Shown here: positions 8,544-17,863 of the stretch, piece after piece
Layout: each line of letters opens with the position of its first letter
Numbering within the stretch: position 1 is the first letter of the stretch
Origin: a virus
Lineage: Duplodnaviria > Caudoviricetes
Reading direction: 5' to 3' (one strand)
Virus record (IMG/VR): IMGVR_UViG_3300023174_000037
Length of the DNA stretch: 64,000 nucleotides
The notes under the pieces: model-generated
Databases searched by the model: none
Told to the model about the DNA's origin: nothing
The model's input: only the letters and a program-made list of their open reading frames with translations
Program-made: the position numbers and the translations under genes

Positions 8544-10004
8544 TTATTTCCATTCTAGTTTCTCTTGTGTAAATGGATAGTTGGCTTCTTTGTAAAACTG
8601 TTTGCGCTTGGTCAAATGGCGCTTGGCAAATTTACAAGTGCTGGTTACATCCCAGATCTGGACGTGGTCTTTGTCTTCCGCTTTTCTAATGCCGCGCCCA
8701 ATTGATTGTATAACGCGGACAAAGCTCTTTCCGGGCTCAACAAGAACCAAATTAAAAATCCTAGGCAAATTAATACCCACAGCGGCCACACCATAAGTCG
8801 CCACAATAATCTTGCCAGTGCTGGTGGCAACTTCATCATATTCATCTTGTCTATCCTTTGCTTTGGTCGCACCTGAAACAAACACTGCCAGGTCACCTAG
8901 TAACTCTACTAGGGCATGACCCCCAGCTACACGATCTACCAACACCAGTGTATTGCCTGTGGCGTTGACCTGAGCAATCAATTGAGCTATTGTTTTTAAT
9001 CTGTCGGGTTCTTCTAACAGAAACTTTAGTTCACTTTGATAGTTGGCGAACTCTGCATGGTCAACCAACTGCACAATGTTCACATGACACTGTGCCAACA
9101 CGCCTTGGCTTTGTAGCTCACTGGCGGTGAGTTTGCCAATAACTGGACCAAGACTACACTTGAGTGCCTGGAACTCAAATGGTTCTTTAGGGATGGTTCC
9201 AGTAAGTCCCCACCGAATAGGCACACGGCTCATTACGCCTGTCAGTAAACTTTTTAATGCGTCGGCTTTGGCCATATGCACTTCATCAACAATAACACAT
9301 ACAACATCTTCAAGAAACTCACCTATAGTGCAATCGCCTACACCGTTCTTTGTGTTTTTAAGTAAGACATTTAGACTTTGCCAAGTGCAAATAGTATGCT
9401 GTCGACCCCATTCTTTACGATCGCCAAAGTAAACACCCACATCCTGTTGCATATTGATGTAGTCTTTTTCTGTCTGCGTTACTAGACTCTTGTTAGGAAC
9501 AATAACAATGGTCCTACCATAAGGTGCCACTGCATTTGATAGTGCGGCTGTGATAACTGTCTTGCCTGCGCCTGTGGCAATCTCTTGTATGCATTGTGGG
9601 TCCGCTAAAAAGTTGTTGATGATCTCAACTTGATAGTCACGCAACACCATTGGTTGCCCTTCTAACGGGTGTCCTTTTCCCCAGGCAATGTGATTAAATG
9701 ATTGCTCAGTGACCGGTTCAAACTCGAACGTGGTAGAATAGTCTCGTTGATCATCAAGTTCGATGTCATAGTTGAACTTTTCAAGAATAGGAATGATCTC
9801 TGGCAACAGGTTTACATAAGTGCTACCGCCCAGTTGGAAATAACTGACCTTGCCGTCCCAACGGCCAAGTCTAACTGCTGGAAGATATCTGGCACCTGGT
9901 ACATCATATTTAAATGCCGTGACCAATGCACGACGAGCATCAAGCTCGAGACCTTCTATTTTGATATTGACTTCATCACGGATTATAATTTTGGCTGTTC
10001 GCAT
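8544..10004 (-). CDS. uvsW: SF2 DNA helicase UvsW
   Basis: ATGAGKT, DEVH, GLTGT, GINLP, QSIGRGIR motifs; 486 aa. Confidence 0.92.
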   Translation of the reverse strand: MRTAKIIIRDEVNIKIEGLELDARRALVTAFKYDVPGARYLPAVRLGRWDGKVSYFQLGGSTYVNLLPEIIPILEKFNYDIELDDQRDYSTTFEFEPVTEQSFNHIAWGKGHPLEGQPMVLRDYQVEIINNFLADPQCIQEIATGAGKTVITAALSNAVAPYGRTIVIVPNKSLVTQTEKDYINMQQDVGVYFGDRKEWGRQHTICTWQSLNVLLKNTKNGVGDCTIGEFLEDVVCVIVDEVHMAKADALKSLLTGVMSRVPIRWGLTGTIPKEPFEFQALKCSLGPVIGKLTASELQSQGVLAQCHVNIVQLVDHAEFANYQSELKFLLEEPDRLKTIAQLIAQVNATGNTLVLVDRVAGGHALVELLGDLAVFVSGATKAKDRQDEYDEVATSTGKIIVATYGVAAVGINLPRIFNLVLVEPGKSFVRVIQSIGRGIRKAEDKDHVQIWDVTSTCKFAKRHLTKRKQFYKEANYPFTQEKLEWK

Positions 10005-10010
10005 TGTGCT

Positions 10011-10040
10011 AGTATAGCATACTTATTATAACAAAGTCAA
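10011..10040 (-). promoter_or_regulatory. sigma70-type promoter of uvsW (leaderless)
   Basis: TTGACT-18nt-TATACT, ATG 6 nt downstream. Confidence 0.6.
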
Positions 10041-10070
10041 AAAAACAGGTATCTTTTTACAGATACCTGT
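10038..10070 (-). terminator. Rho-independent terminator after the AAA+ ATPase gene
   Basis: Perfect 10-bp stem ACAGGTATCT/AGATACCTGT followed by a U-tract on the minus strand; a second 8-bp hairpin TGGGCAGT/ACTGCCCA lies at about 10077-10096. Confidence 0.8.
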
Positions 10071-10108
10071 CAAAAATGGGCAGTTTGCACTGCCCAGGAG
10101 CTACCATA

Positions 10109-11134
10109 TTAACTGTTCTTCATACAGGTGCTAGCGGCCAATGCCTTCCAGTTATCACCTGATACTTTGGTCAAGTCTGCAATCTTCAATGCCATACGCA
10201 GGCTCATTTCACGCAGGCGACTTTGATTGGCATCCATAAAATTAATGATCTCATCGCCTTGCTCCGGCGTAAAATCGTAGTCTGCGAACAACTCACCTTT
10301 GAGGTAAATCTGCTTGATACGCAAGAAGCGATCACGCATGGTGTTGAGCGTAAGATCCAGGAAGTGACAACGACTCTGCAAGGCTTCCAAGTGGTCTTGC
10401 AACTTCTTGCTCTTGAGGTTGCTGAACTGTAGGTTGGTAATAAAGATGCACGAACCTTTGAAGTCAAACATGTCTGGAACACCTTCACGGCGCAACATGG
10501 CACTATCACTGTTCCAGTAGATGCGGCGTTTCTTACCCGAGTCCAATGCGGCTTTGAGAATGTTCAAGCTCAAGTCGTCTTGGAACACTGAGTCACAGTC
10601 ATCAAACACCAGGACGTTGTTCTTGTCTGAATGTTTGTATAGAGTGCAATACAGACCAATTGGAGTCATTGCGCCTTTGATCACTTCGTACTTGACTCGA
10701 CGACCACTCAACTGATCAAACAAGCCACTATGCTCCAACTGTTTTTCTACACCATAACTCTTGCCTACACCAGGAGGGCCAACCACAATCATTGCACGGA
10801 CGTCACCAGCAATAGTGGCCTTGGTCATTTGATCAAGGATGTCAAAACGTTCGCCAATACGGGCAATAACTTCTTCATCAGTCTCTACTGGTGCCTTGGC
10901 ATGAGTCTGGGCAACAGGAGCCACAGCGGTAGCACCAGAAGTAAACTCTACATCTTCGATGCTGTTTACACGGATACGAACTACATCTGGTGTATCTTCA
11001 CCAAAGTAGCCTTCTGCATTTACTGTCACATAGCCTCCTTTGGCTCCAGTTTGGTAACCCTTTACTAGGTTAAAGGTCACATTGTTTACGGGTTGATTAC
11101 GATACGATCCGTGTTTTACAAGAATTGTAGACAT
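10109..11134 (-). CDS. AAA+ family ATPase, early-expressed, function unknown
   Basis: Walker A GPPGVGKS, Walker B LVFDDCD, sensor FITN, ALQSR arginine finger; AAGGAG RBS. Confidence 0.85.
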   Translation of the reverse strand: MSTILVKHGSYRNQPVNNVTFNLVKGYQTGAKGGYVTVNAEGYFGEDTPDVVRIRVNSIEDVEFTSGATAVAPVAQTHAKAPVETDEEVIARIGERFDILDQMTKATIAGDVRAMIVVGPPGVGKSYGVEKQLEHSGLFDQLSGRRVKYEVIKGAMTPIGLYCTLYKHSDKNNVLVFDDCDSVFQDDLSLNILKAALDSGKKRRIYWNSDSAMLRREGVPDMFDFKGSCIFITNLQFSNLKSKKLQDHLEALQSRCHFLDLTLNTMRDRFLRIKQIYLKGELFADYDFTPEQGDEIINFMDANQSRLREMSLRMALKIADLTKVSGDNWKALAASTCMKNS

Positions 11135-11170
11135 TTTTTAGCTCCTTAACTATGTTGTTAATATGTGTAT

Positions 11171-11199
11171 ATTATACGCGAAATGGATTTAATGGTCAA
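11171..11199 (-). promoter_or_regulatory. sigma70-type early promoter
   Basis: TTGACC-17nt-TATAAT. Confidence 0.8.
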
Positions 11200-11204
11200 C
11201 CGGC

Positions 11205-11360
11205 TTAAACGCCACAGGCTTCAAGGAATCGAGCCTGGTTGAACCTAGGATTAGTAGTCTGTGCTACCTTACAGAATGCCTCGGCTGTGATGCGGGCTGA
11301 CTTACGATCTGACATTTGGCTAATTTCTTTAGCCATTGCTATAAAGTGTTTTTTAGTCAT
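11205..11360 (-). CDS. Small phage protein, 51 aa (below ORF-track cutoff)
   Basis: MTKKHFIAMAKEISQMSDRKSARITAEAFCKVAQTTNPRFNQARFLEACGV; AGGAG RBS and own promoter. Confidence 0.8.
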   Translation of the reverse strand: MTKKHFIAMAKEISQMSDRKSARITAEAFCKVAQTTNPRFNQARFLEACGV

Positions 11361-11391
11361 TTCTGCTCCTGTTTTGTTAGTCTATACAAGT

Positions 11392-11420
11392 ATTATAGCA
11401 AATGGGCAATTTCTGGTCAA
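11392..11420 (-). promoter_or_regulatory. sigma70-type early promoter
   Basis: TTGACC-17nt-TATAAT. Confidence 0.8.
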
Positions 11421-11423
11421 CCA

Positions 11424-11452
11424 TAAAAAAACCCTCCAAAATGAAGGGTTTT
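11424..11452 (-). terminator. Rho-independent terminator
   Basis: AAAAACCCT/AGGGTTTTT stem with U-tract after 11475..11960. Confidence 0.7.
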
Positions 11453-11474
11453 TGTAGGTAAGTGTTCACTAACT

Positions 11475-11960
11475 TTAATCGTCTAATAATCCTGGAACAG
11501 ACACAGTAATATCATGTTCAAATATTGATCCAGGTTCCACTGTCCACTGCCAGGTTCCTTTTCCTATTAGTCGATCTGCTTTTTGTTTTTTGCCATTAAT
11601 AGTTACTTCGTCACCGCGGGGGTCAGCAATACCAGCAGGATCTATTTCAACAACATCTACATATTCATCCGGTCCGATACTATAAGAAATTGCTCCCATA
11701 TTAAGTTCAGCGTAATTCGCTACAATTTGCCCAAATCTTACTGCAGATTTATCCACAGTGATTACCATGTGTTTAGTTCCTATAAAATCCATTGGAATTT
11801 CAAATGTGAATATAGTTGGCGCATGGTCAAAATGTTGATTGTGTTGTGTCATTTCAACTAGGTTGACGCTACCAGAAAATACTGTTTCCCCATCTAACAC
11901 AGCGGTAAGTTCAGCTTGCCCTGTGCCCCAACCTAATACTTTTACTGTTCTAGTTGTCAT
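11475..11960 (-). CDS. Hypothetical beta-rich protein
   Basis: 161 aa, AAGGA RBS. Confidence 0.7.
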   Translation of the reverse strand: MTTRTVKVLGWGTGQAELTAVLDGETVFSGSVNLVEMTQHNQHFDHAPTIFTFEIPMDFIGTKHMVITVDKSAVRFGQIVANYAELNMGAISYSIGPDEYVDVVEIDPAGIADPRGDEVTINGKKQKADRLIGKGTWQWTVEPGSIFEHDITVSVPGLLDD

Positions 11961-11986
11961 TGATTATCCTTTGTTTAATATTTGTG

Positions 11987-12748
11987 TTACTTACGTTCAA
12001 TATCTTCTTCGACGCAATTATTACCGTATTGTATTTCTACAATTTTTAACGGATGATCAGTTTCATTACATAACTGATGCCATTCATTACAATTGATATG
12101 TATATGAGTGTGCGGACCAAATTTGCCCAATAACTCTGCATCACTTTTTCTATTTATACCATAAACTGTAGCTGTGCCTTCGGCAACGTGCCAGTGTTCA
12201 GCGCGATCTTGATGACGTTGCATACTAAGTTGTTGGCCTGGCAATACTGTAAGTTCTTTAACTTTGGTGCCAGGCACATCATGCAATACTCGATAATATC
12301 CCCACGGGCGTTCAGTTTTAGGTGATTTCCATTCTTCTAAAATCCAACTACTGCTATTGGCTTTATTAAACCCACCAACGCCGAAAGCAAATTGCAAGTT
12401 GTTGTCATCGACGTCCATTTCTGGAATATTTGCTTGTGTGCGGTCGCCACCATTGGCAAAGATAATTTTATCATTAGGATAATGTGCTCGAACTTGCTGT
12501 AGCAAATGGCAAGCGGTTCCATCGTCATCGTCAAACGTATACACTTCGTCCACCGAGGACAAATTGTTTAGGACACACAGGCGTTCATTCCAGGGCATAA
12601 ATGCACGGCCTTTTTTACGGGCCAGCCACTCATCGCTATTGATGCCTACGATTAACAGGTCGCCCAACAAGCGGGCTTCTTTTATCATCCGGATATGGCC
12701 AGAATGTATTGGGTCAAACCCACCGCTTACTACCACTATTTTTTTCAT
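11987..12748 (-). CDS. Cytidylyltransferase (HIGH-type) fused to a mannose-6-phosphate-isomerase type II-like cupin
   Basis: GGFDPIHSGH, VGINSD, FANGGDR; C-terminal RPWG...SMQRH...EHW...VEIQYG...EEDIER. Confidence 0.88.
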   Translation of the reverse strand: MKKIVVVSGGFDPIHSGHIRMIKEARLLGDLLIVGINSDEWLARKKGRAFMPWNERLCVLNNLSSVDEVYTFDDDDGTACHLLQQVRAHYPNDKIIFANGGDRTQANIPEMDVDDNNLQFAFGVGGFNKANSSSWILEEWKSPKTERPWGYYRVLHDVPGTKVKELTVLPGQQLSMQRHQDRAEHWHVAEGTATVYGINRKSDAELLGKFGPHTHIHINCNEWHQLCNETDHPLKIVEIQYGNNCVEEDIERK

Positions 12749-12766
12749 GCAAATATTTATAGCCCG

Positions 12767-13516
12767 TTAAACGGCCATGCTTAATAAACTACCGTCAATC
12801 CAAGGAACGACTAAATCCTGTTGTCTCAGAGCACTGTGGGCATAAATGCTTTTTACAGCAGACTGGGGCAACAGATTCTGTTCTACCAGTGTGTGCCAAC
12901 TGATGTCTTGTGGATTTTGCGGAGGTTGACTACTTTTGTAAACCACTGCATGTATCCATGGCTCTGTAAGTGTTTGTTTAAAAAACCCAGCGCCGCAGTC
13001 CCATCCGGCTGTGGCCAACATATACATAAGACTGACCATGGTGTGATGATAGTAGTGCCCATTGGGCAACACATACGAAAGTTGTCGACGATGTATTTGT
13101 TGAGTCACTGGCACAGTTAGTGATAACATGCCGCCTGGGCTAGCAATATGCCACCAATTACTCAGTGTTTGTATTGGATTGATGGCACACTGAAACGCAT
13201 CGTGGCACCATAACACATCAAACCCATCAGCTGGGGCAGTTATTTTATTTTCAAAATTAACTTGCTGATATGTTATGTTTTCGTACCTAGCAGCAACTGA
13301 CAAGTTTTCATGTAGGTCAACACCATGACATTCAATGTTTAACGGTTGATGATCATCTTCTCGGGTTGTTCGTGTGGCCCACCAAACTAAATCATCGCCG
13401 TGTCCGCATCCAAGATCAACTACGGTGCGTAAACTGAACATAAAATCATCATGCTCAAATAATTGATTCAGCGTTTCAAGACTATGCTGATGGCTATGTC
13501 CCGGCTGTGTAAACAT
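12767..13516 (-). CDS. Class I SAM-dependent methyltransferase
   Basis: VVDLGCGHG motif I, FDVLWCHDAF, PGGML. Confidence 0.8.
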   Translation of the reverse strand: MFTQPGHSHQHSLETLNQLFEHDDFMFSLRTVVDLGCGHGDDLVWWATRTTREDDHQPLNIECHGVDLHENLSVAARYENITYQQVNFENKITAPADGFDVLWCHDAFQCAINPIQTLSNWWHIASPGGMLSLTVPVTQQIHRRQLSYVLPNGHYYHHTMVSLMYMLATAGWDCGAGFFKQTLTEPWIHAVVYKSSQPPQNPQDISWHTLVEQNLLPQSAVKSIYAHSALRQQDLVVPWIDGSLLSMAV

Positions 13517-13968
13517 TATACCTGCACATCCTCCATACCAGCGGCCCGTAATCTTACAATATGACCGAGCATAAAGTTTTTACTTTCCATTCCTTTAAGA
13601 ATGCCCAAAAATCGATTACGTAGCAATGCAACTTCATTGATCAACGTTTCAAATTCAATAACTTCGTCTTCACCATCAACATACTTTTCAGCGTCACGGC
13701 TGGTCAATGCTCGAGCATAGCCTTCAAGATATTTTTGAAAATGTTTGCGGCGTATTTTACGTAACTGTATATTGAGGTAGTTCAATACCGCTTCAATTTC
13801 TTGCAACTGGTTAAACCTGTGTTCTGTAATCCCTGGCAAAGCTGTAATATTTTTTTCAATAAGTCCGCCAACTCGACAGTCACGTTTGGCTTCATCAAGT
13901 TCTTGTTCATAATGAGTAATAAAATCAGGTATATTACTTAGATCAGCTACAACTTTGCTATACCACAT
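13516..13968 (-). CDS. uvsY: Recombination mediator UvsY-like
   Basis: 150 aa helical protein, RFNQLQEIEA...SRDAEKYVDGE; in operon with uvsX. Confidence 0.6.
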   Translation of the reverse strand: MWYSKVVADLSNIPDFITHYEQELDEAKRDCRVGGLIEKNITALPGITEHRFNQLQEIEAVLNYLNIQLRKIRRKHFQKYLEGYARALTSRDAEKYVDGEDEVIEFETLINEVALLRNRFLGILKGMESKNFMLGHIVRLRAAGMEDVQV

Positions 13969-14231
13969 TAATTTTCCCAGTCCTCGTCTTCGTCGTAATC
14001 CTCGTCTTCGGCTTCAACTTCTTCTTCCTCAATTTCATCGTGATCTCTGAGGTAACTGGTTAATGCTTTTTTAACGTCACCATCACTTTTGAAAACTGCT
14101 TTGATCTCATCAGCACCAACATCGTTGTCAATTAATACCGATACCAATGTTTCGGCTGCTTCGTCACGATCTACTGTGTTAACATACCTTTTAAGCTCTG
14201 ACCAAATTTCGTTTGCTAATTCAACTGTCAT
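13968..14231 (-). CDS. Small protein with highly acidic C-terminus
   Basis: 87 aa ending EEEEVEAEDEDYDEDEDWEN. Confidence 0.7.
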   Translation of the reverse strand: MTVELANEIWSELKRYVNTVDRDEAAETLVSVLIDNDVGADEIKAVFKSDGDVKKALTSYLRDHDEIEEEEVEAEDEDYDEDEDWEN

Positions 14232-14233
14232 TA

Positions 14234-15292
14234 TTATTCCTCCGTTGCTGTTTCTTCAGTGGTTACTGTTTCTTTTTGATTTTTAAAATCTAACATTACT
14301 TGATCTAAACATCCGCCTTCGTTACTTTCCCAAGCCTTGCGGAACTGTTTAATTATCTCACCTTCGCTGGTGACAAACATTAAGCGATTTCCATCTTTTT
14401 TAAGAATGCCTTTTTTCTCTGCTAGATCAGTTAATCCACTGTAAGGGTTCATACCTGTTTCGTACGGAATCTTAACCTGCATGCCTTCAAATGGTTTTGC
14501 GTAACGAGTTTTCATTACTTTACAGCCAGCGCGGATACCCATGACTTCACTAATCTTATTGCCATCCTCGTCTTCTTTAAGCTTCATTTTCTTCATGGCA
14601 ACCACAATGCTAGACGCATAGATAAATCCTTGACCACCGGAGATCTTGTCATCTGGGTCAAACATATCCTGACTGGCGTAAGTATGATTCGTACAAACCA
14701 TACCTACATTATAGCCGCCAAACATATTGACTGAATTGCGAACCAGTGCTGTCAATGCTTTAGGCTTGCGACCCATGTCGCCTTTCATGTCGCCTGCTTC
14801 AAACTGATTCACGTCAGTTGGAGTAAGCAACATACCCAACGAGTCAATAACCCACAACACCTTCATGCGCTCGCCATCCGGTAATGCTTTGTAATCAATC
14901 ATAAATGTTGAAATAGCTTTGGCTACATCGTCAATCATGCTCATGTTTAATTTAAGTAACTTGTCCGGGCCGGTGTCTACGCCAAGTGCATGAAGCCATG
15001 TTTCATCCAGGGCGTTTTCTGTATCAACTAGGATAACAAAAATACCTTGCTCTTGTGCATTTTTAACAATGTTGCCACTGCAAATGTAACTTTTACCTGC
15101 ACCGGATTCGCCGGCAAATACTGTAATCTTACCCAGTGGAATACCGCGATTAAAATCTCCGCTGATAAGATAATTCAAGGCAAAGTTGCCTGTTGAGATC
15201 CAGTCAGTTGGATCGTTAAATCCAATGCTTAGGCCTTCAATGCTTTTGGTGATGTCCTTACGGAACTTGCTGATGTCAAATGGTTTTGCCAT
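14234..15292 (-). CDS. uvsX: RecA-like recombinase UvsX
   Basis: AGESGAGKS, VDTENALD, VIDSLG, TNHTY, SGGQGFIYASS. Confidence 0.95.
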   Translation of the reverse strand: MAKPFDISKFRKDITKSIEGLSIGFNDPTDWISTGNFALNYLISGDFNRGIPLGKITVFAGESGAGKSYICSGNIVKNAQEQGIFVILVDTENALDETWLHALGVDTGPDKLLKLNMSMIDDVAKAISTFMIDYKALPDGERMKVLWVIDSLGMLLTPTDVNQFEAGDMKGDMGRKPKALTALVRNSVNMFGGYNVGMVCTNHTYASQDMFDPDDKISGGQGFIYASSIVVAMKKMKLKEDEDGNKISEVMGIRAGCKVMKTRYAKPFEGMQVKIPYETGMNPYSGLTDLAEKKGILKKDGNRLMFVTSEGEIIKQFRKAWESNEGGCLDQVMLDFKNQKETVTTEETATEE

Positions 15293-15294
15293 GA

Positions 15295-16449
15295 TTACTT
15301 TCCTTCTTTAAGTTTGTATAATTCTGTAAAAATTTTACTGCTGTCTACTCCGCGCCTCTGATCCATTACGGCTAATTGTTCAAAAGAATTTGACAAATTC
15401 TTTTCAATTGGTTGTCTTATGTAGTGTAACATATTTCGATAACTATCTTCAAGTAGATATCCTGGATTCTCGTTGATTTTTGATTCCAATTTTAACTTTA
15501 ACAAGTGTAACACATTTTCTGGTAAATTCCTAATGTTTAGGTAATCAGGAGTTAGTAGTGCTCCGATGATAAAACTATTATTATGAAATCCTAGGCCTTT
15601 AAGGTAATCCACATACCCAAATACACTATTGTAATTTAACAAAAACCATAACATATTAAAACTTATCTTATGATCAAGTTGTCTAATTGTGTTCAAATTA
15701 TCTAAAAAATCCTGCCATCGGCCTCCAAAGCGTATGTATTCAAATTCATCTTCTATGGTTTCTGCACTCACAGTCCAGTGAACATTTTTAAAACTGCATA
15801 CAGCATCAAACACTCCGGTATCGACTTTGCTAAGATTAGTGTTTATCCTGAGATTAACATCGGGATTTAATTCTTTGAGTAGTTCTAAATTTTCCTTCAT
15901 CAACAATGGTTCACCGCCGGCTAGATACACATGCTTAAGATTTTTAGCGTGTCGGTAAAGATATTCTCTAAAATCTTTCTGTTGTTGTTCTGTTGGTGTC
16001 GCCCTAATAACATTTAATTCGCTGGCCCACTTACTACTGAAATCTGGGCCACAATAAACACAGGCAAAATTACACAAATTGGTCCATCGTACATCAATGG
16101 TTTGTAAATCAAAATTGTTAGGTCGGTAAGTATCCAGTGGTGTTTTTTTAAATTCTCTTATATAAAAAATTCTATCACTGATAATATCAAAACCTTCTTT
16201 ACCGTGTTCTAGATTGTAACAAGTGTGACAGCCGGCAGCTGGTTGATTATTAATTATATTAGTTTGTTTAGTGACATTAACAGGTCCTAACAGTATTTCT
16301 TCAATGGTGTTGTCTTTGATATTACCCAATCCACCAGTTGTAAAATCACTACGAATACAATTTTTTACTTTGCCATCAAAGTTATACATTAGTCCTGTCC
16401 ACGGCATAGGACAAAAATGTTTATTTGTTAGAATATCTTTTGGATTCAT
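15295..16449 (-). CDS. Radical SAM protein with N-terminal SPASM/Twitch-like domain
   Basis: CNFACVYC, GGEPLL, N-terminal FCPMPW...CHTC. Confidence 0.88.
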   Translation of the reverse strand: MNPKDILTNKHFCPMPWTGLMYNFDGKVKNCIRSDFTTGGLGNIKDNTIEEILLGPVNVTKQTNIINNQPAAGCHTCYNLEHGKEGFDIISDRIFYIREFKKTPLDTYRPNNFDLQTIDVRWTNLCNFACVYCGPDFSSKWASELNVIRATPTEQQQKDFREYLYRHAKNLKHVYLAGGEPLLMKENLELLKELNPDVNLRINTNLSKVDTGVFDAVCSFKNVHWTVSAETIEDEFEYIRFGGRWQDFLDNLNTIRQLDHKISFNMLWFLLNYNSVFGYVDYLKGLGFHNNSFIIGALLTPDYLNIRNLPENVLHLLKLKLESKINENPGYLLEDSYRNMLHYIRQPIEKNLSNSFEQLAVMDQRRGVDSSKIFTELYKLKEGK

Positions 16450-16991
16450 TGATTCATTGGTCCTAATGATATTTCTGGAATTGATAAATTATTATTCTTG
16501 GCCATGTCGAATAAATTTAACAATGTTCTAGCCCAGTTGTTGACATCAGCAGCTGGTGGCGTTGTTTTGTCAGGGCTAGTAGCAATGTTGCCAGGACGAA
16601 CTATAGTAATTTTTACTTTAAGTTTACGATGTCGTATTTGCCGCACTGCTTCTTCTAAAGTAACTTTTTGCAAACGGTAATGATCCATGCTTAGATCAGT
16701 CAACGACGACACTGGTTCTTGTGTCATCATAGTTGAAATTACTATGATATGCTTTTTAGTTCCCTGCCAACGATTGGACATTTCAAACAACAACTCAGTT
16801 TGTGCATATCCGGCTTGTGCGTTGTTGACAAAAACATCGCAAGGTTCAATTTGATCACAAATTTTAGGAGTGTTGCGAATATTGTTGCCTTCACGCTGAC
16901 TAAGGCCAACTACTTCGTTGCCGCCGAGAACATATTCTTTAGCAAGAGCTTGTCCTATGCCTGCGGTGTGTCCGGTAATTGCTATTTTCAT
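16446..16991 (-). CDS. Short-chain dehydrogenase/reductase
   Basis: TGHTAGIG, NNA, YRLQK (YxxxK), RPG. Confidence 0.85.
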   Translation of the reverse strand: MKIAITGHTAGIGQALAKEYVLGGNEVVGLSQREGNNIRNTPKICDQIEPCDVFVNNAQAGYAQTELLFEMSNRWQGTKKHIIVISTMMTQEPVSSLTDLSMDHYRLQKVTLEEAVRQIRHRKLKVKITIVRPGNIATSPDKTTPPAADVNNWARTLLNLFDMAKNNNLSIPEISLGPMNQ

Positions 16992-17863
16992 GATATGCCT
17001 CTTAGTTGTTTTTGTTTTGCTATATATTCATCTCTAGCACGAACATCAGTATTATCAACACTTAACTCAAAAGGCATTTTTAAGTAAGCGTAACTATGAT
17101 CAATGTTGTGTTCTCGAGCAAACTGTTGAATATTTGGCAGGTCGTCTACATTCAGTATACTAACTGTTGTCCATAAATTCAATGTTACTGGCATTGTTTT
17201 GTATGTCATTAAATTACGATAAAAATCTTGCCATGGTATTGGCCAACGCACAAAATCATGAACTGCTCCAATACCATCACAACTCACTGTGACAGTGACT
17301 TCGATGCCACAATTGGCTATGTCGACCAGCTCAGTCAATATTGTGCTACAATTTGTATTAAGTCGCAGTGTTTTAAGGTTAGGTGGTAAATTTTTTAATA
17401 GTTTCTTGTAATTTTTACTGTAACTGGGTTCGCCACCGTTAATATCCAGATGCACGATTCGTTCTTGTGGTAGGCGCCAGAATTGATCTGTGTTATTGAT
17501 TATAGGAAATCCAGGACCCGTTAAACTTCCTATTCTGGTGCTTAAATTTTGATTACAAGTTTGGCAAGCGGCATTACATAAATTATCTAATACACCACCA
17601 ACTTGCAGGTAATCTCTCTGTGCAGTTTGCTCATCCACTGCTGTTGCATATACTCTTATGCTGTCAGGTTCGGTTTCTTGACATCTGACACATTCTTTGG
17701 GCCAGCGGTCAAACTTCATTAACTCTTTTGTATTTGCTAACCAAGAACTTGCCTCCATATCTGCCAATGAAGCATATTGTGGAGGATTGACCATGTGTCC
17801 ACAGCGACTAACTGTGCCATTGGGATTAAAACGAACAAAATGGTCTAGTCTAGGACAATACAT
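16988..17863 (-). CDS. Radical SAM protein with N-terminal SPASM/Twitch-like domain
   Basis: CNAACQTC, NGGEPS, N-terminal YCPRL...RCGH...CVRC. Confidence 0.85.
   Translation of the reverse strand: MYCPRLDHFVRFNPNGTVSRCGHMVNPPQYASLADMEASSWLANTKELMKFDRWPKECVRCQETEPDSIRVYATAVDEQTAQRDYLQVGGVLDNLCNAACQTCNQNLSTRIGSLTGPGFPIINNTDQFWRLPQERIVHLDINGGEPSYSKNYKKLLKNLPPNLKTLRLNTNCSTILTELVDIANCGIEVTVTVSCDGIGAVHDFVRWPIPWQDFYRNLMTYKTMPVTLNLWTTVSILNVDDLPNIQQFAREHNIDHSYAYLKMPFELSVDNTDVRARDEYIAKQKQLRGIS

Noticed and set aside
10045-10096. Paired palindromes as REP/MITE-like elements or an origin
   Set aside because: Single copies, positioned and oriented as a terminator and a stabilising hairpin
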